From: an uncultured bacterium | GTDB lineage: Bacteria; Omnitrophota; Omnitrophia; Omnitrophales; Aquincolibacteriaceae | Direction of reading: 5' to 3' | Assembly (NCBI GenBank): GCA_964606385.1 | Contig: CAZSFZ010000005.1 | Location: 40,650 to 104,649 of the forward strand | Length of the DNA: 64,000 bases | Part shown: one piece after another, positions 20,094-29,130 of the stretch | How the letters are laid out: each line of letters opens with the position of its first letter | How positions within the stretch are numbered: the first letter of the stretch is position 1 | Position numbers and translations under genes: made by a program | The notes under the pieces: model-generated | The model's database searches: none | The model's input: the letters and a program-made list of their open reading frames with translations, nothing else | What the model was told of the DNA's origin: nothing

Positions 20094-20102
20094 TGCTATA
20101 CT
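20094..20102 (+). promoter_or_regulatory. Extended -10 element TGcTATACT upstream of rsfS-argS
   Basis: The identical 9-mer TGCTATACT is found upstream of nadE and tal-pgi; it lies ~50 nt upstream of the rsfS TTG start. Confidence 0.35.
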
Positions 20103-20152
20103 CCTCAAAATTCGATACAGTATTTCATCCGTTTTAGGGAGGAATTTGATAC

Positions 20153-20485
20153 TTGCAGCCTAAAAAGATCGCGGAGTTGTTGCGGACGCTTGCGGAGGAC
20201 AAAAAGGCCGAAGATCCGGTCCTTCTTGACATTTCCAAGCATTCCAGCCTGGCCCATTATTTCTTTGTCTGTCATGGGAATAGCGACCGTCATGTGAAGA
20301 CGATCGCCATGCACCTGGCGGATGAAATGAAACATCGCAAGATGCCGGCTTACCATATCGAAGGCCTGGTCGAGGGGAAATGGGTCCTCCTCGATTTCGG
20401 GCCGGTCATCGCCCATATTTTTTACCACGAAACCCGGCAATTCTATGGTCTCGAACGCCTGTGGGGCGAAGCGAAGAAGGTCTAA
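20153..20485 (+). CDS. rsfS: Ribosomal silencing factor RsfS (iojap family), with a TTG start
   Basis: Iojap-like sequence ...DPVLLDISKHSSLAHYFFVCHGNSDRHVKTIA...WVLLDFGPVIAHIF; RBS AGGGAGG 11 nt upstream of TTG. Confidence 0.8.
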   Translation: MQPKKIAELLRTLAEDKKAEDPVLLDISKHSSLAHYFFVCHGNSDRHVKTIAMHLADEMKHRKMPAYHIEGLVEGKWVLLDFGPVIAHIFYHETRQFYGLERLWGEAKKV

Positions 20486-20488
20486 AAG

Positions 20489-20554
20489 CCGGGTAACGGG
20501 TAACGGGTAACGCCGAACGCTTTCGTTGATCGTTTCCCGTTCACCGTTCCCCGC
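20489..20554. repeat. Heptamer inverted-repeat element (GGGTAACG x3 + CCGAACG / CGTTTCC CGTTCAC CGTTCCC), 4 nt after the rsfS stop; likely terminator or REP-like
   Basis: The arms are reverse complements built of GGNAACG units with an ~11-nt loop; same family as 17788-17857 and 46888-46970. Confidence 0.6.
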
Positions 20555-20566
20555 TGAAACCATCCT

Positions 20567-22228
20567 ATGAAAAGTAAAATCGAATCCATTGTTGATGAAG
20601 CTGTAAAAGACTATTGCAGGACGCAGAATACCGCCGTACCGGATGGTTTCAGCTACGACCTCCATCCCCCCAAAGACAGCCAGCACGGGGATCTCGCCTG
20701 TAACGTCGCGTTCAAGCTTGCCAAGGTGACGCGCCAAAAGCCCGCTGAGATCGCCGCGGCATTCATCAAGCTGCTTGCAGAAAAAAACGCCAAGGATTCC
20801 CCGGTCGAAAAGACAGAGCTCGCCGGCGGTGGTTTCATCAATTTCTATCTCAAAAAAGAGGACCTGGGTGCGGTGCTCCTGGAGATCCATAAACAGGACA
20901 AGCATTACGGCAGTTCGGATTTCGGGAAAGGGAAGAAGGTCATTCTGGAATTCGTGAGCGCGAATCCCACGGGTCCGCTCACGATCGCGCACGGGCGTCA
21001 GGCCGCGGTCGGGGATTGCCTCGGGCGTATCCTGAAGTTCACCGGGCACGGGGTCCACGCGGAATATTACCTGAACGACGCGGGCCGCCAGATGCGGATG
21101 CTCGCACAAAGCGTCTGGGCGCGTTACAACGAGCTTCTTGGCATGGAAATGGCGTTCCCGGAGGACGGCTACCAGGGCGACTATATCCGGGATATCGCGC
21201 GCGATATCATCGAAAAGGAAAAGAAGGACTCGCTCCTCAAAGAAACCGAAGAAAAAGCGGTGGAGTATTGCGGCCATTACGCGGTGAAATACCTGATGGG
21301 AACGATCGAGTCGGATCTCGCCAAGATGCGGGTCCATTTTGACCAGTATTTCAGCGAGAAATCGCTTTACGCGAAGAACGCCGTCGAGCACGCGCTCAAG
21401 GTGCTGAAAGACAAAGGGTATCTCTTTGAAAGCGAGGGGGCTCTCTGGTTCCGCTCGACCGATCTCGGTGACGATAAGGACCGCGTGGTCAAAAAATCCA
21501 CGGGGGAATACACCTACCTCGCGCCGGATATTGCGTACCACCTTTCCAAGTATGAGCGTGGCTACAATGTGCTCGTGAACTTCTGGGGACCGGACCACCA
21601 CGGGTATATCCCGCGCCTCAAAGCGGCTTGCCGGGTGCTCGGCTACCCACCGGAAGCGATCCATATCGGGATCGTCCAGCTCACCACGCTTTTCCGCAAA
21701 GGCCAGCCGGTACGCATGTCGACGCGGGCGGGGGAATTTGTGACCCTGCGTGAACTTTATGAAGAGGTCGGCGTCGACGCGACGCGGTTTTTCTTCGTGA
21801 TGCGCCGGCAGGAGAGCCATCTGGATTTCGATCTCGATCTCGCGAAAGAACAGTCCCAGGAAAATCCCGTGTATTACCTTCAGTATGCCCACGCGCGCAT
21901 CGCGAGCCTTGTGAAGTTCGCGGATCAGCCCGTCACGACGAAAGTGGACTTGAAGCTTCTGGTTGAACCCGAAGAAGCGGAACTCATCGGCTGTCTCTCG
22001 CAATTCTCCGATTATTGTATTCAGGCAAGCCGTTCGACCGAGCCATACCGCCTAGCGGATTATCTGCGCCAGGTGGCCGCGTGTTTCCACAAGTTCTACA
22101 GCCATCACCGCGTGGTCACCGAAAACAAGGAGCTCACCAAGGCCCGGCTGCTTCTGGCCGACGCAACCCGCATCGTGCTCCGGAATGGCCTGGAACTTCT
22201 CGGCATCTCCCAACCGGAATCCATGTAA
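20567..22228 (+). CDS. argS: Arginine--tRNA ligase
   Basis: SANPTGPLTIAHGRQAAVGD (HIGH-region equivalent) and RMSTRAGEFVTL (KMSKS-like), with overall class I ArgS layout. Confidence 0.92.
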   Translation: MKSKIESIVDEAVKDYCRTQNTAVPDGFSYDLHPPKDSQHGDLACNVAFKLAKVTRQKPAEIAAAFIKLLAEKNAKDSPVEKTELAGGGFINFYLKKEDLGAVLLEIHKQDKHYGSSDFGKGKKVILEFVSANPTGPLTIAHGRQAAVGDCLGRILKFTGHGVHAEYYLNDAGRQMRMLAQSVWARYNELLGMEMAFPEDGYQGDYIRDIARDIIEKEKKDSLLKETEEKAVEYCGHYAVKYLMGTIESDLAKMRVHFDQYFSEKSLYAKNAVEHALKVLKDKGYLFESEGALWFRSTDLGDDKDRVVKKSTGEYTYLAPDIAYHLSKYERGYNVLVNFWGPDHHGYIPRLKAACRVLGYPPEAIHIGIVQLTTLFRKGQPVRMSTRAGEFVTLRELYEEVGVDATRFFFVMRRQESHLDFDLDLAKEQSQENPVYYLQYAHARIASLVKFADQPVTTKVDLKLLVEPEEAELIGCLSQFSDYCIQASRSTEPYRLADYLRQVAACFHKFYSHHRVVTENKELTKARLLLADATRIVLRNGLELLGISQPESM

Positions 22229-22232
22229 TTGC

Positions 22233-22360
22233 AAACCCGAAATCCTAAACTCGAAACCCGAAACAAATCCAAATGCTTCAATAATAAAAACGTTTTTTTT
22301 GAGTTTTGAACTTTGCTTGTTTGAGTTTGTTTCGAATTTCGGATTTAGAGTTTCGGGTTT
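22233..22360. repeat. AT-rich ~130-bp imperfect inverted repeat (35-nt arms with ~6 mismatches, reiterated CCCGAAA units) and a nested AAAAACGTTTTTTTT palindrome; bidirectional terminator or MITE-like element between argS and miaA
   Basis: Left arm AAACCCGAAATCCTAAACTCGAAACCCGAAACAAA (22233-22267); right arm TTTGTTTCGAATTTCGGATTTAGAGTTTCGGGTTT (22326-22360); the centre is AT-rich with a T8 run. Confidence 0.55.
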
Positions 22361-22391
22361 AAGATGAGCCAGTGAGGCCAAAGTTAAAAAG

Positions 22392-23492
22392 ATGCAACGA
22401 ACGATGAAAAGCAGGCCTTTGGTGCTGTTTATCGTGGGTCCCACAGCCATCGGGAAGTCGGCGCTTGCCGTAGCTCTGGCCAAGAAACTCGATGGCGAAA
22501 TCCTTTCCGCGGATTCCATGCTTGTTTATCAGGGGATGGATATCGGGACCGCGAAACCCACCCCCAAAGAACGGGGCGGCATTCCGCATCACGGGATCGA
22601 CCTTATTCCTCCCACAAAAAGCTTCTCGGTTTTTGCTTACCGCCAATACGCCCTCAAGGCGGTCCGGGGGATCGTTAAAAGGGGCAAAATCCCTATTGTG
22701 GCGGGGGGGACCGGCTTTTACATTAGGGCCCTTTTAGAGGGGCTTTCTCCTCTACCCGGCACGAATGCCCAGATCAGGGGTAAACTCGAGCGGGAGGCCC
22801 AGGAAAAGGGCTTGCCGGCCCTCTATAGGAGGCTCCTAAAGATCGACCCCTCCCGGGCTAGGGCGATTGGCCCCCATAACCAAAGGCGTATTATCCGGGC
22901 CCTGGAGATCTACCTGACCTCGGGAAAGAAGCCCTCCCGGGCGGACCGGAAAACACCGGGTCTCCGGCAGTTGGGTTACAGGCCGATCGTGATCGGGATC
23001 CACCGCGACCGGGAAGCGCTATACGGGAAGATCAACCGGCGGGTGGATGCGATGTTCCGAAAAGGCCTTGTGCGCGAAGTGAAACGGCTCGGGCGGAAGA
23101 AATTGTCTCAAACCTCGCTTCAGGGGGTAGGATATAAAGAAATTCTAGAATGGCTTCGGGATTGTCATTGCGAGAAGCGAAGCGACGCCTGGCTTTCACC
23201 AAATCTGATATCAGAAGCCAGTGCTGTACTTGCCTCCTTTAGAAAAAGAACAGAGGGCAAGTACGAAGCAATCTTAAAGACAAGATCGCCGCGTCGCCTC
23301 AAAGAGGCTCCTCGCGATGACAAGAGTTTGACGGAAGTCAAAGACAGGATCAAACAGGCGACGCGTCATTTCGCCAAACGGCAGTGGACCTGGTTCAAAC
23401 GGGAGCAGGGCATCCGCTGGGTTTGGTGGCCGGAAGGCGCGAATCTTCAAAGCGTTCGTGATCTTGTTCTGAAAAAGATAAAGAGGCCTTAG
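22392..23492 (+). CDS. miaA: tRNA dimethylallyltransferase, with a ~60-aa C-terminal insertion/extension
   Basis: GPTAIGKSALAVALAKKLDGEILSADSMLVYQGMDIGTAKPT P-loop plus DMAPP-binding region; ...ATRHFAKRQWTWFK near the C-terminus. Confidence 0.9.
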   Translation: MQRTMKSRPLVLFIVGPTAIGKSALAVALAKKLDGEILSADSMLVYQGMDIGTAKPTPKERGGIPHHGIDLIPPTKSFSVFAYRQYALKAVRGIVKRGKIPIVAGGTGFYIRALLEGLSPLPGTNAQIRGKLEREAQEKGLPALYRRLLKIDPSRARAIGPHNQRRIIRALEIYLTSGKKPSRADRKTPGLRQLGYRPIVIGIHRDREALYGKINRRVDAMFRKGLVREVKRLGRKKLSQTSLQGVGYKEILEWLRDCHCEKRSDAWLSPNLISEASAVLASFRKRTEGKYEAILKTRSPRRLKEAPRDDKSLTEVKDRIKQATRHFAKRQWTWFKREQGIRWVWWPEGANLQSVRDLVLKKIKRP

Positions 23493-23493
23493 T

Positions 23494-24597
23494 ATGCCGC
23501 GCGATAAAGTTTGTCTTGTGATCATCAAAAATTACGGGAAAGACGACGCGGACCCGCGTGAGGTGCTCGAGGAAATGATCGAGCTCACCGAATCGGCGAA
23601 CGGGATCGTGGTCGCGAATCTTGCGGGGAATGTTCCGCACCCGAGCCCCAGCCATTTTATTCGCGGCGGAAAGATCGCCGAGATCCGGGAGGAGATCGCA
23701 AGATCCGGGGCGAATGTCCTGATCTTCAGTGTGGATCTCACGCCGGTCCAGGCCAGGAATCTCGAAGCGGAATGCGGGGTGCGGATCGTGGACCGCACGG
23801 GACTGATCCTCGATATCTTTGCCCGGCGCGCAGTCTCAAGCGACGGGAAACTCCAGGTCGAGCTCGCGCAGATGCAATATCTTTTACCGCGGCTTCTGGG
23901 GCTGGGCGTGGTCCTCTCGCGTCTTGGGGGCGGCATCGGGACCCGCGGGCCCGGTGAACAAATGAAGGAAGTCGACCGCCGCAAGATCCAGAGGCGTATC
24001 GAATCCATCAAAGAACAGCTCGAGAAACTCCGGACGCACCGGGCCCAGATCCGAAAAGGGCGCCGGCAAAAGGGGCTCCCGCAGGTCGCGATCGTGGGTT
24101 ATACGAACGCCGGGAAATCCACACTCCTGAATGCTCTGACCGGGGCCGACGCGTATGTTGAAGACAAGTTGTTCGCCACGCTCGATTCGAAGACGCGTGT
24201 CTACGAGGACGGCCAAGGGTCTGGAATTCTTTTCACAGACACCGTCGGTTTTATTCGGAACCTGCCGCACGGGCTCGTGAAGGCCTTCCACGCGACGCTG
24301 GAGGAAGTGCTCGAGGCGGACCTGATCCTTATCGTGATCGACGCGGCCAGCGAGCACGCCGTTCATCACAAGAGTGTGGTTGATGAAGTGCTGAAAGAGA
24401 TCGGAGCGGAAGCGAACCCGAAACTTCTCGCTTTGAACAAGACGGACCTTTTGACGGGACCGGAAAAGAACCGGATCCAGGATGTTTTTCCCGAGGCGGT
24501 GCTGATCTCAGCTGCCCAGAAACAGGGGTTTGAGGAACTGATCGTGAGGATCCGTCAGTCCATTCAGGCCGGGCAGGAATTCAAAAAGGCGGTGTAG
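23494..24597 (+). CDS. hflX: GTPase HflX
   Basis: HflX N-terminal domain followed by a GTPase domain (VAIVGYTNAGKSTLLNALTG, DTVGFI, NKTD). The start is 1 nt after the miaA stop. Confidence 0.9.
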   Translation: MPRDKVCLVIIKNYGKDDADPREVLEEMIELTESANGIVVANLAGNVPHPSPSHFIRGGKIAEIREEIARSGANVLIFSVDLTPVQARNLEAECGVRIVDRTGLILDIFARRAVSSDGKLQVELAQMQYLLPRLLGLGVVLSRLGGGIGTRGPGEQMKEVDRRKIQRRIESIKEQLEKLRTHRAQIRKGRRQKGLPQVAIVGYTNAGKSTLLNALTGADAYVEDKLFATLDSKTRVYEDGQGSGILFTDTVGFIRNLPHGLVKAFHATLEEVLEADLILIVIDAASEHAVHHKSVVDEVLKEIGAEANPKLLALNKTDLLTGPEKNRIQDVFPEAVLISAAQKQGFEELIVRIRQSIQAGQEFKKAV

Positions 24598-24614
24598 CCG
24601 AGGGCATGGGGCTA

Positions 24615-24623
24615 TGCTATACT
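24615..24623 (+). promoter_or_regulatory. Extended -10 element TGcTATACT ~60 nt upstream of tal-pgi
   Basis: Third copy of TGCTATACT; an RBS-like GGAAAGGGAA precedes the ATG at 24683. Confidence 0.35.
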
Positions 24624-24682
24624 TTCCGCGTTTTTCCTCCCAGATTTTCTAAAAATTCATAAGCCGAAATGGAAAGGGAATC

Positions 24683-27556
24683 ATGGATACTGCGACGAAA
24701 CAATTGCCGAGCATCGAACTCTATAAAGCCGGTCAGGGACCGTGGCTCGACACGATCAGCCGCAAACTTTTAAGGTCCGGAACGCTCAAGGCCTATATCG
24801 AAGAAAGCGGCCTGCTCGGAGTGACGTCGAATCCTTCTATTTTCCAGCAATCGATCAGCCACGGGGAGGGTTACGAGCAGGATATCCAGAAGATGGTGAA
24901 GCGCGGCGCGAGCACGGTGGAGATCTATGACGCGCTGACGATCAGCGATATCCGCGAAGCGTGCGATCTTTTCCTGCCGGTGTTCCAGAAGACCTGCGGC
25001 GAACACGGTTTTGTGAGCCTTGAAGTCCTGCCGAACCTCGCGTTTAACGAAGAAGCGACGGTCGGAGAAGCGCGCCGTCTTTACCGGCTCGTGAACCGTC
25101 CGAACGTGATGATCAAAGTTCCCGCGACCGCGCAAGGGGTTGCCGCGGTCCGCCGTTTGATCGGGGAAGGCATCAACGTTAACGTGACGCTCATTTTCTC
25201 CCAGAAAAATTACCGTGATGTCGCGAACGCCTATTTGGAAGGACTCGAGGCGCTCGCAAAAAAAGGCGGCGATCTTGGCAAAGTGCATTCGGTGGCGAGC
25301 GTATTTGTCAGCCGCATCGACACGGATATCGATAAACAGCTCGACGCGAAGATCGCGACGGAAACCGAGAATTCCCGGCGGATGCTTCTGACGGACCTGA
25401 AAGGGAAGTCGGCGGTCGCGAATTCCAAAATGGTCTACCTGGCTTTTAAGGAAATTTTCGGGACGAACCGTTTCCAGAAACTCAAGAACCAGGGCGCCTA
25501 TGTGCAAAAGCCGCTCTGGGCGAGCACCAGCTGCAAGAACCCATCCTATCCCGATCTGATCTATGTGGAGACGCTTGTCGGAAAAGATACCGTGAACACG
25601 CTGCCGCAGGCCACATGGGAAGCGCTTCTCGCGCATGGCGAGATCCGGCCGGGAACGGTGGAAGAGGATATCCAGGATTCCCAGGCGGTCATTGCCGAGC
25701 TCAAGAATATCGGGATCGATATCCATGCCGTTTGCGACCGCCTGCAAAAGGACGGCGTTAAAGCTTTCGTTCAATCCTTTGAATCCCTCATGACAACCCT
25801 CGAAAAGAAAAGAGAATTTTCCATGGCCGCTCCCGTGAAGACGAATTTTTTGCTCCCTCAAAACCTTGAAAAGACCTTTTCGGACACCTTGAATCAGCTC
25901 GCGAAAAAAGATGTCCACGCCCGCTGGCTCGCGAAAGATCCGACGCTTTGGTCAAACGACGCCGCTCATCAGAAGGTGATCCTGAACCGCCTGGGGTGGG
26001 TGGAGAACTGCGAGAAGATCCGCGGCCAGCTTTATGAGATCGATGAGCTCCAGCAAAAACTTTTCAGCGCGAAAGTCCGCGACATCGTGTTGCTGGGTAT
26101 GGGCGGATCAAGCCTCGCGGCCGAAGTGCTGTCGCTCATTCTGAAGAAACCTTCCCAGAAAGTGAAGGGCGCCCTCAAGGGCATCCGTTTCCATCTGCTC
26201 GATACGACGGATCCGGCGAGTATCCTGAAGGTTGAAAAAGCCGTCCGTTATCCTTCCACCCTGTTCATCGTGGGCAGCAAGTCCGGTTCCACGATCGAGA
26301 CGCGGTCCCAGTACCAGTATTTCTTCGATCGCGTGAAAAAGTTCTACAAGAACGATGAAAATAAGGCCGCGGAGCGATTTGTGATCATCACAGATCATGG
26401 TTCGCCGCTTGAGACGCTCGGCTGCAGCAAAACCTTCGGCGGGCTTTTTCTGAACCCTCAGGACATCGGGGGCCGGTATTCCGCGCTCTCTTTCTTCGGG
26501 CTTGTGCCTGCGGCGCTTCTGGGGATCGATATCCGCCAGATCCTGGCCGACGCGCAGCGTTTTCTTGACGCGATGCGCTCCACCAAGGATATCGCCAAGA
26601 ACGAAGGGATCGCGCTGGGGGTCCTTTTAGGCGCGTTGGCCGTCAAAGGGAAGGATAAATTAACTTTTTGGACTTCACCCGAGCTTGCGTCGTTCGCGGA
26701 TTGGGCGGAGCAATTGATTGCCGAAAGTACCGGGAAAGAAGGAAAAGGGATCACCCCGGTGGCGGGGGAACCTCCAGTCGGTCTTGAACGGTACGGCAGC
26801 GACCGCGTCTTCGTCATGCTCCGTTTTAAAGGGGAGAACGAAAAGCTTTGGACGAAACGTATCAAGGACCTCAAAGCGAAGGGTTTTCCGGTCCTGGATT
26901 TTGTCTGGAGCGACGGCATGAACGTGGGCGGGGAGTTCCTCCGCTGGGAAGTTGCCACGAGTTTCGCGAGTGTGGTGCTCAAAGTGAACCCTTTTGATGA
27001 ACCGAACGTGACGGAATCCAAGAACATTACGAGCCGGCTCCTGGAAGATGTGAAGAAGAAAAAGGCGTTGCCCAAACCCGGAAAACTTCTTACGGCGAAG
27101 GGTGCCGTCCTGACCCCGGGGGATAAGAAAATTCTTGAGGCGTTTTTCTCGAAGCGTCCGAAACATGGTTTTGTGTCGCTTCTGGCGTATGTGGACCGTT
27201 CGCCCGCGACGAAAAAAGTTCTTCAGGGGTTGCAGAGGTCCATGGCCGCGGTGTTGAAAGTCCCGGTGCTGTCCGGATTCGGCCCCCGTTATCTGCATTC
27301 CATCGGCCAGCTTTATAAAGGCGGGCCGAAGCAGGGGATCTTTGTCGAGTTTTTTGTGAAGGACGGCAAGGACGTGAAGATCCCGGGCGAGGTTTACGGG
27401 TTCAGCCAGCTCAAGCAGGCCCAGGCGATGGGGGACTATGAGGCGATCTCGAGTAAAGGGCTTCCGATCCTCGGGGTGGATCTCGGGTCCAATCTTGCTT
27501 CCGGGTTCGCTTCTTTCCAGAAAAAGATGGTTTGTTTTCTTAAGGGCCGCAGCTGA
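24683..27556 (+). CDS. Bifunctional transaldolase / glucose-6-phosphate isomerase fusion
   Basis: N-terminal transaldolase motifs (LGVTSNPSIF, active-site Lys region KVPAT) and C-terminal PGI motifs (LLGMGGSSLAAEV, ...GGRYSALS). Confidence 0.85.
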   Translation: MDTATKQLPSIELYKAGQGPWLDTISRKLLRSGTLKAYIEESGLLGVTSNPSIFQQSISHGEGYEQDIQKMVKRGASTVEIYDALTISDIREACDLFLPVFQKTCGEHGFVSLEVLPNLAFNEEATVGEARRLYRLVNRPNVMIKVPATAQGVAAVRRLIGEGINVNVTLIFSQKNYRDVANAYLEGLEALAKKGGDLGKVHSVASVFVSRIDTDIDKQLDAKIATETENSRRMLLTDLKGKSAVANSKMVYLAFKEIFGTNRFQKLKNQGAYVQKPLWASTSCKNPSYPDLIYVETLVGKDTVNTLPQATWEALLAHGEIRPGTVEEDIQDSQAVIAELKNIGIDIHAVCDRLQKDGVKAFVQSFESLMTTLEKKREFSMAAPVKTNFLLPQNLEKTFSDTLNQLAKKDVHARWLAKDPTLWSNDAAHQKVILNRLGWVENCEKIRGQLYEIDELQQKLFSAKVRDIVLLGMGGSSLAAEVLSLILKKPSQKVKGALKGIRFHLLDTTDPASILKVEKAVRYPSTLFIVGSKSGSTIETRSQYQYFFDRVKKFYKNDENKAAERFVIITDHGSPLETLGCSKTFGGLFLNPQDIGGRYSALSFFGLVPAALLGIDIRQILADAQRFLDAMRSTKDIAKNEGIALGVLLGALAVKGKDKLTFWTSPELASFADWAEQLIAESTGKEGKGITPVAGEPPVGLERYGSDRVFVMLRFKGENEKLWTKRIKDLKAKGFPVLDFVWSDGMNVGGEFLRWEVATSFASVVLKVNPFDEPNVTESKNITSRLLEDVKKKKALPKPGKLLTAKGAVLTPGDKKILEAFFSKRPKHGFVSLLAYVDRSPATKKVLQGLQRSMAAVLKVPVLSGFGPRYLHSIGQLYKGGPKQGIFVEFFVKDGKDVKIPGEVYGFSQLKQAQAMGDYEAISSKGLPILGVDLGSNLASGFASFQKKMVCFLKGRS

Positions 27557-27616
27557 AATTTGTCCTAAAGACCTTGGGATTTTTGGCGTAAATCTTTATC
27601 AATAAGGATTCCAGCG

Positions 27617-28429
27617 GTGTTACCACAAGCCATATTCCATAGATCGTTGAACAGGTATCTTGGGACGGTTTTTACTCTCCTGATCGGGGCGGGCTTTCTC
27701 TCGGGTTGCGCATCGTCATCCGCCGTCCGTCCTGCTTCCTATGTGCCGCCGCGTTCGACGTCCGCGATCACGACCATGCTTCCGGCGCCTGGCGGTGTTC
27801 CGCGCAATATTTATCATGAGGTCGGCCCGTCGGAGACTTTGTGGCGTATTTCGACGATCTACAGCGTGGATATGGCGACGATCATGCGGGTGAACAACCT
27901 CAAGGATCCGACCCAGATCAAGAACGGCATGAAGCTTCTGATCCCCAACACGCGGGGGCCCCGGCCCAATATTCCTCTTTATCCTACGACGCGCTGGACC
28001 CATATCGTGATCCATCATACGGTCACCGACCAGGGAAGCGCTTATACGATCAACGGGCTTCATCAGCAGCGCGGCTGGGAGAACGGCATGGGGTATCATT
28101 TCCTGATCGATAACGGAACCCGCGGCAAAGCCCTCGGGCAGATCGAAGTGGGGCCCCGATGGATCAAGCAAATGGACGGCGCCCACACGAAGGCGGGGGA
28201 CTATAACCAGAAAGGTATCGGTATCGCCGTTGTGGGAGATTACAGTCAGTCCGGATTGCCGGACAAGATGTTTGATAATCTTGTTTTTCTCACCGTCACG
28301 CTTCAAAAATTTTACAATATCCCTGATCAGAATGTGGTAGGTCATCGGAACGTCCCCGGCGCCGCGACGGAATGCCCCGGGAAATTCTTTCCTTGGAGCG
28401 AATTTAAACGCCGTCTTGCCCAGTACTGA
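27617..28429 (+). CDS. N-acetylmuramoyl-L-alanine amidase (amidase_2/AmpD-PGRP type) with a LysM domain and a lipoprotein signal; GTG start
   Basis: Lipobox LSGC; LysM YHEVGPSETLWRISTIYSVDMATIMRVNNL; amidase_2 WTHIVIHHT...GYHFLIDNG...AHT...GIGIAVVGDY...CPG. Confidence 0.85.
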   Translation: MLPQAIFHRSLNRYLGTVFTLLIGAGFLSGCASSSAVRPASYVPPRSTSAITTMLPAPGGVPRNIYHEVGPSETLWRISTIYSVDMATIMRVNNLKDPTQIKNGMKLLIPNTRGPRPNIPLYPTTRWTHIVIHHTVTDQGSAYTINGLHQQRGWENGMGYHFLIDNGTRGKALGQIEVGPRWIKQMDGAHTKAGDYNQKGIGIAVVGDYSQSGLPDKMFDNLVFLTVTLQKFYNIPDQNVVGHRNVPGAATECPGKFFPWSEFKRRLAQY

Positions 28430-28454
28430 TCCCTCCCCGATTCTCACGCAAGAT

Positions 28455-28482
28455 TTGACAAATTTCCGGAATCTGTTACATT
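28455..28482 (+). promoter_or_regulatory. Sigma70-like promoter: perfect -35 TTGACA, 16-nt spacer, extended -10 TGtTACATT
   Basis: TTGACA at 28455-28460; TG at 28474-28475; TACATT at 28477-28482. It sits ~30 nt upstream of the small ORF at 28512 and ~210 nt upstream of the intrinsic terminator at 28692. Confidence 0.45.
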
Positions 28483-28511
28483 CCCCTTGTAAGCCATCAG
28501 TCAGGAAAGCT

Positions 28512-28658
28512 ATGAAAAAGCGTAACCTCATTAAAAACCATGGCCTGAAATACCCCATGACGATTGTCATGGCGCAGGCGTGGTTTCTGTCCACGAAGTG
28601 CCGCCATACGGTTCGCGGCCGTGGGCTTTTGAGGGACGTTCGGGAGGATCTAGCGTAA
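28512..28658 (+). CDS. Hypothetical basic 48-aa small protein, or alternatively a non-coding RNA transcribed from the upstream promoter
   Basis: ATG with GGAAAG 5 nt upstream; MKKRNLIKNHGLKYPMTIVMAQAWFLSTKCRHTVRGRGLLRDVREDLA. The unit is bracketed by a promoter and a strong terminator. Confidence 0.3.
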   Translation: MKKRNLIKNHGLKYPMTIVMAQAWFLSTKCRHTVRGRGLLRDVREDLA

Positions 28659-28691
28659 GGCAGTAGCAGGATAAACCGGAATCATTCAAAA

Positions 28692-28727
28692 GCCCATGAT
28701 CGCAATAGCGGTCATGGGCTTTTTTTT
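28692..28727 (+). terminator. Rho-independent terminator (12-bp stem GCCCATGATCGC/GCGGTCATGGGC, AATA loop, T8 tail)
   Basis: Hairpin plus U-run read directly. The ORF-track ORF starting at 28696 merely translates this hairpin. Confidence 0.8.
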
Positions 28728-28914
28728 CGCCCGCGCTGGTTTTTTGCGCGGGACGAATCCGCCGGATTTTTGGCGGAGCATTGCCCGATTTCGTATGTTG
28801 CGAAAACGGGATAGTAAGAAAGATCCGCCACAAGGCTTTGGCGGATTTAACTCGCACAGTAGCTTGCGTTCACGATGTTCCGCAAGTTGCGTGCTCATAA
28901 AAGGAGGAGTGAAC

Positions 28915-29130
28915 ATGAGTACAGCCACTAACTCAACCAGCATCTCAAGATCCAGACGTCGAACACGGGATCCCGTGAAGTTGACGGCCTTGATCTACCT
29001 GAGGGAGGCGTTGATCGCGGAGCGGTACGAGAATTGCGCCGACTTCATCGCGATCGCGAAAGAATTCGGAGCCCTGGATGCAGAGATACGCGTCTTACTC
29101 GAAGATCCTCGAAGACACCCGAGTTCGTAA
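28915..29130 (+). CDS. Hypothetical small protein (71 aa)
   Basis: Strong RBS AAAGGAGGAG 5 nt upstream of ATG 28915; MSTATNSTSISRSRRRTRDPVKLTALIYLREALIAERYENCADFIAIAKEFGALDAEIRVLLEDPRRHPSS. Confidence 0.6.
   Translation: MSTATNSTSISRSRRRTRDPVKLTALIYLREALIAERYENCADFIAIAKEFGALDAEIRVLLEDPRRHPSS

Noticed and set aside
20105-22003. 632-aa minus-strand ORF antisense to argS; similar long antisense ORFs at 16871..17776(-), 1685..2620(-), 24770..25918(-), 27716..28594(-), 30468..31268(-), 50166..51488(-), 52628..53503(-), 53720..54469(-), 57426..58235(-) and 59271..60269(-)
   Set aside because: Each lies fully opposite a gene with strong family motifs on the other strand. High GC content produces long stop-free antisense frames. 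No motifs or RBS were seen.
28696-29130. 144-aa ORF starting at 28696
   Set aside because: Its first ~12 codons are the translation of the intrinsic terminator hairpin and T-run. The real gene is the internal 71-aa ORF with a strong RBS at 28915.
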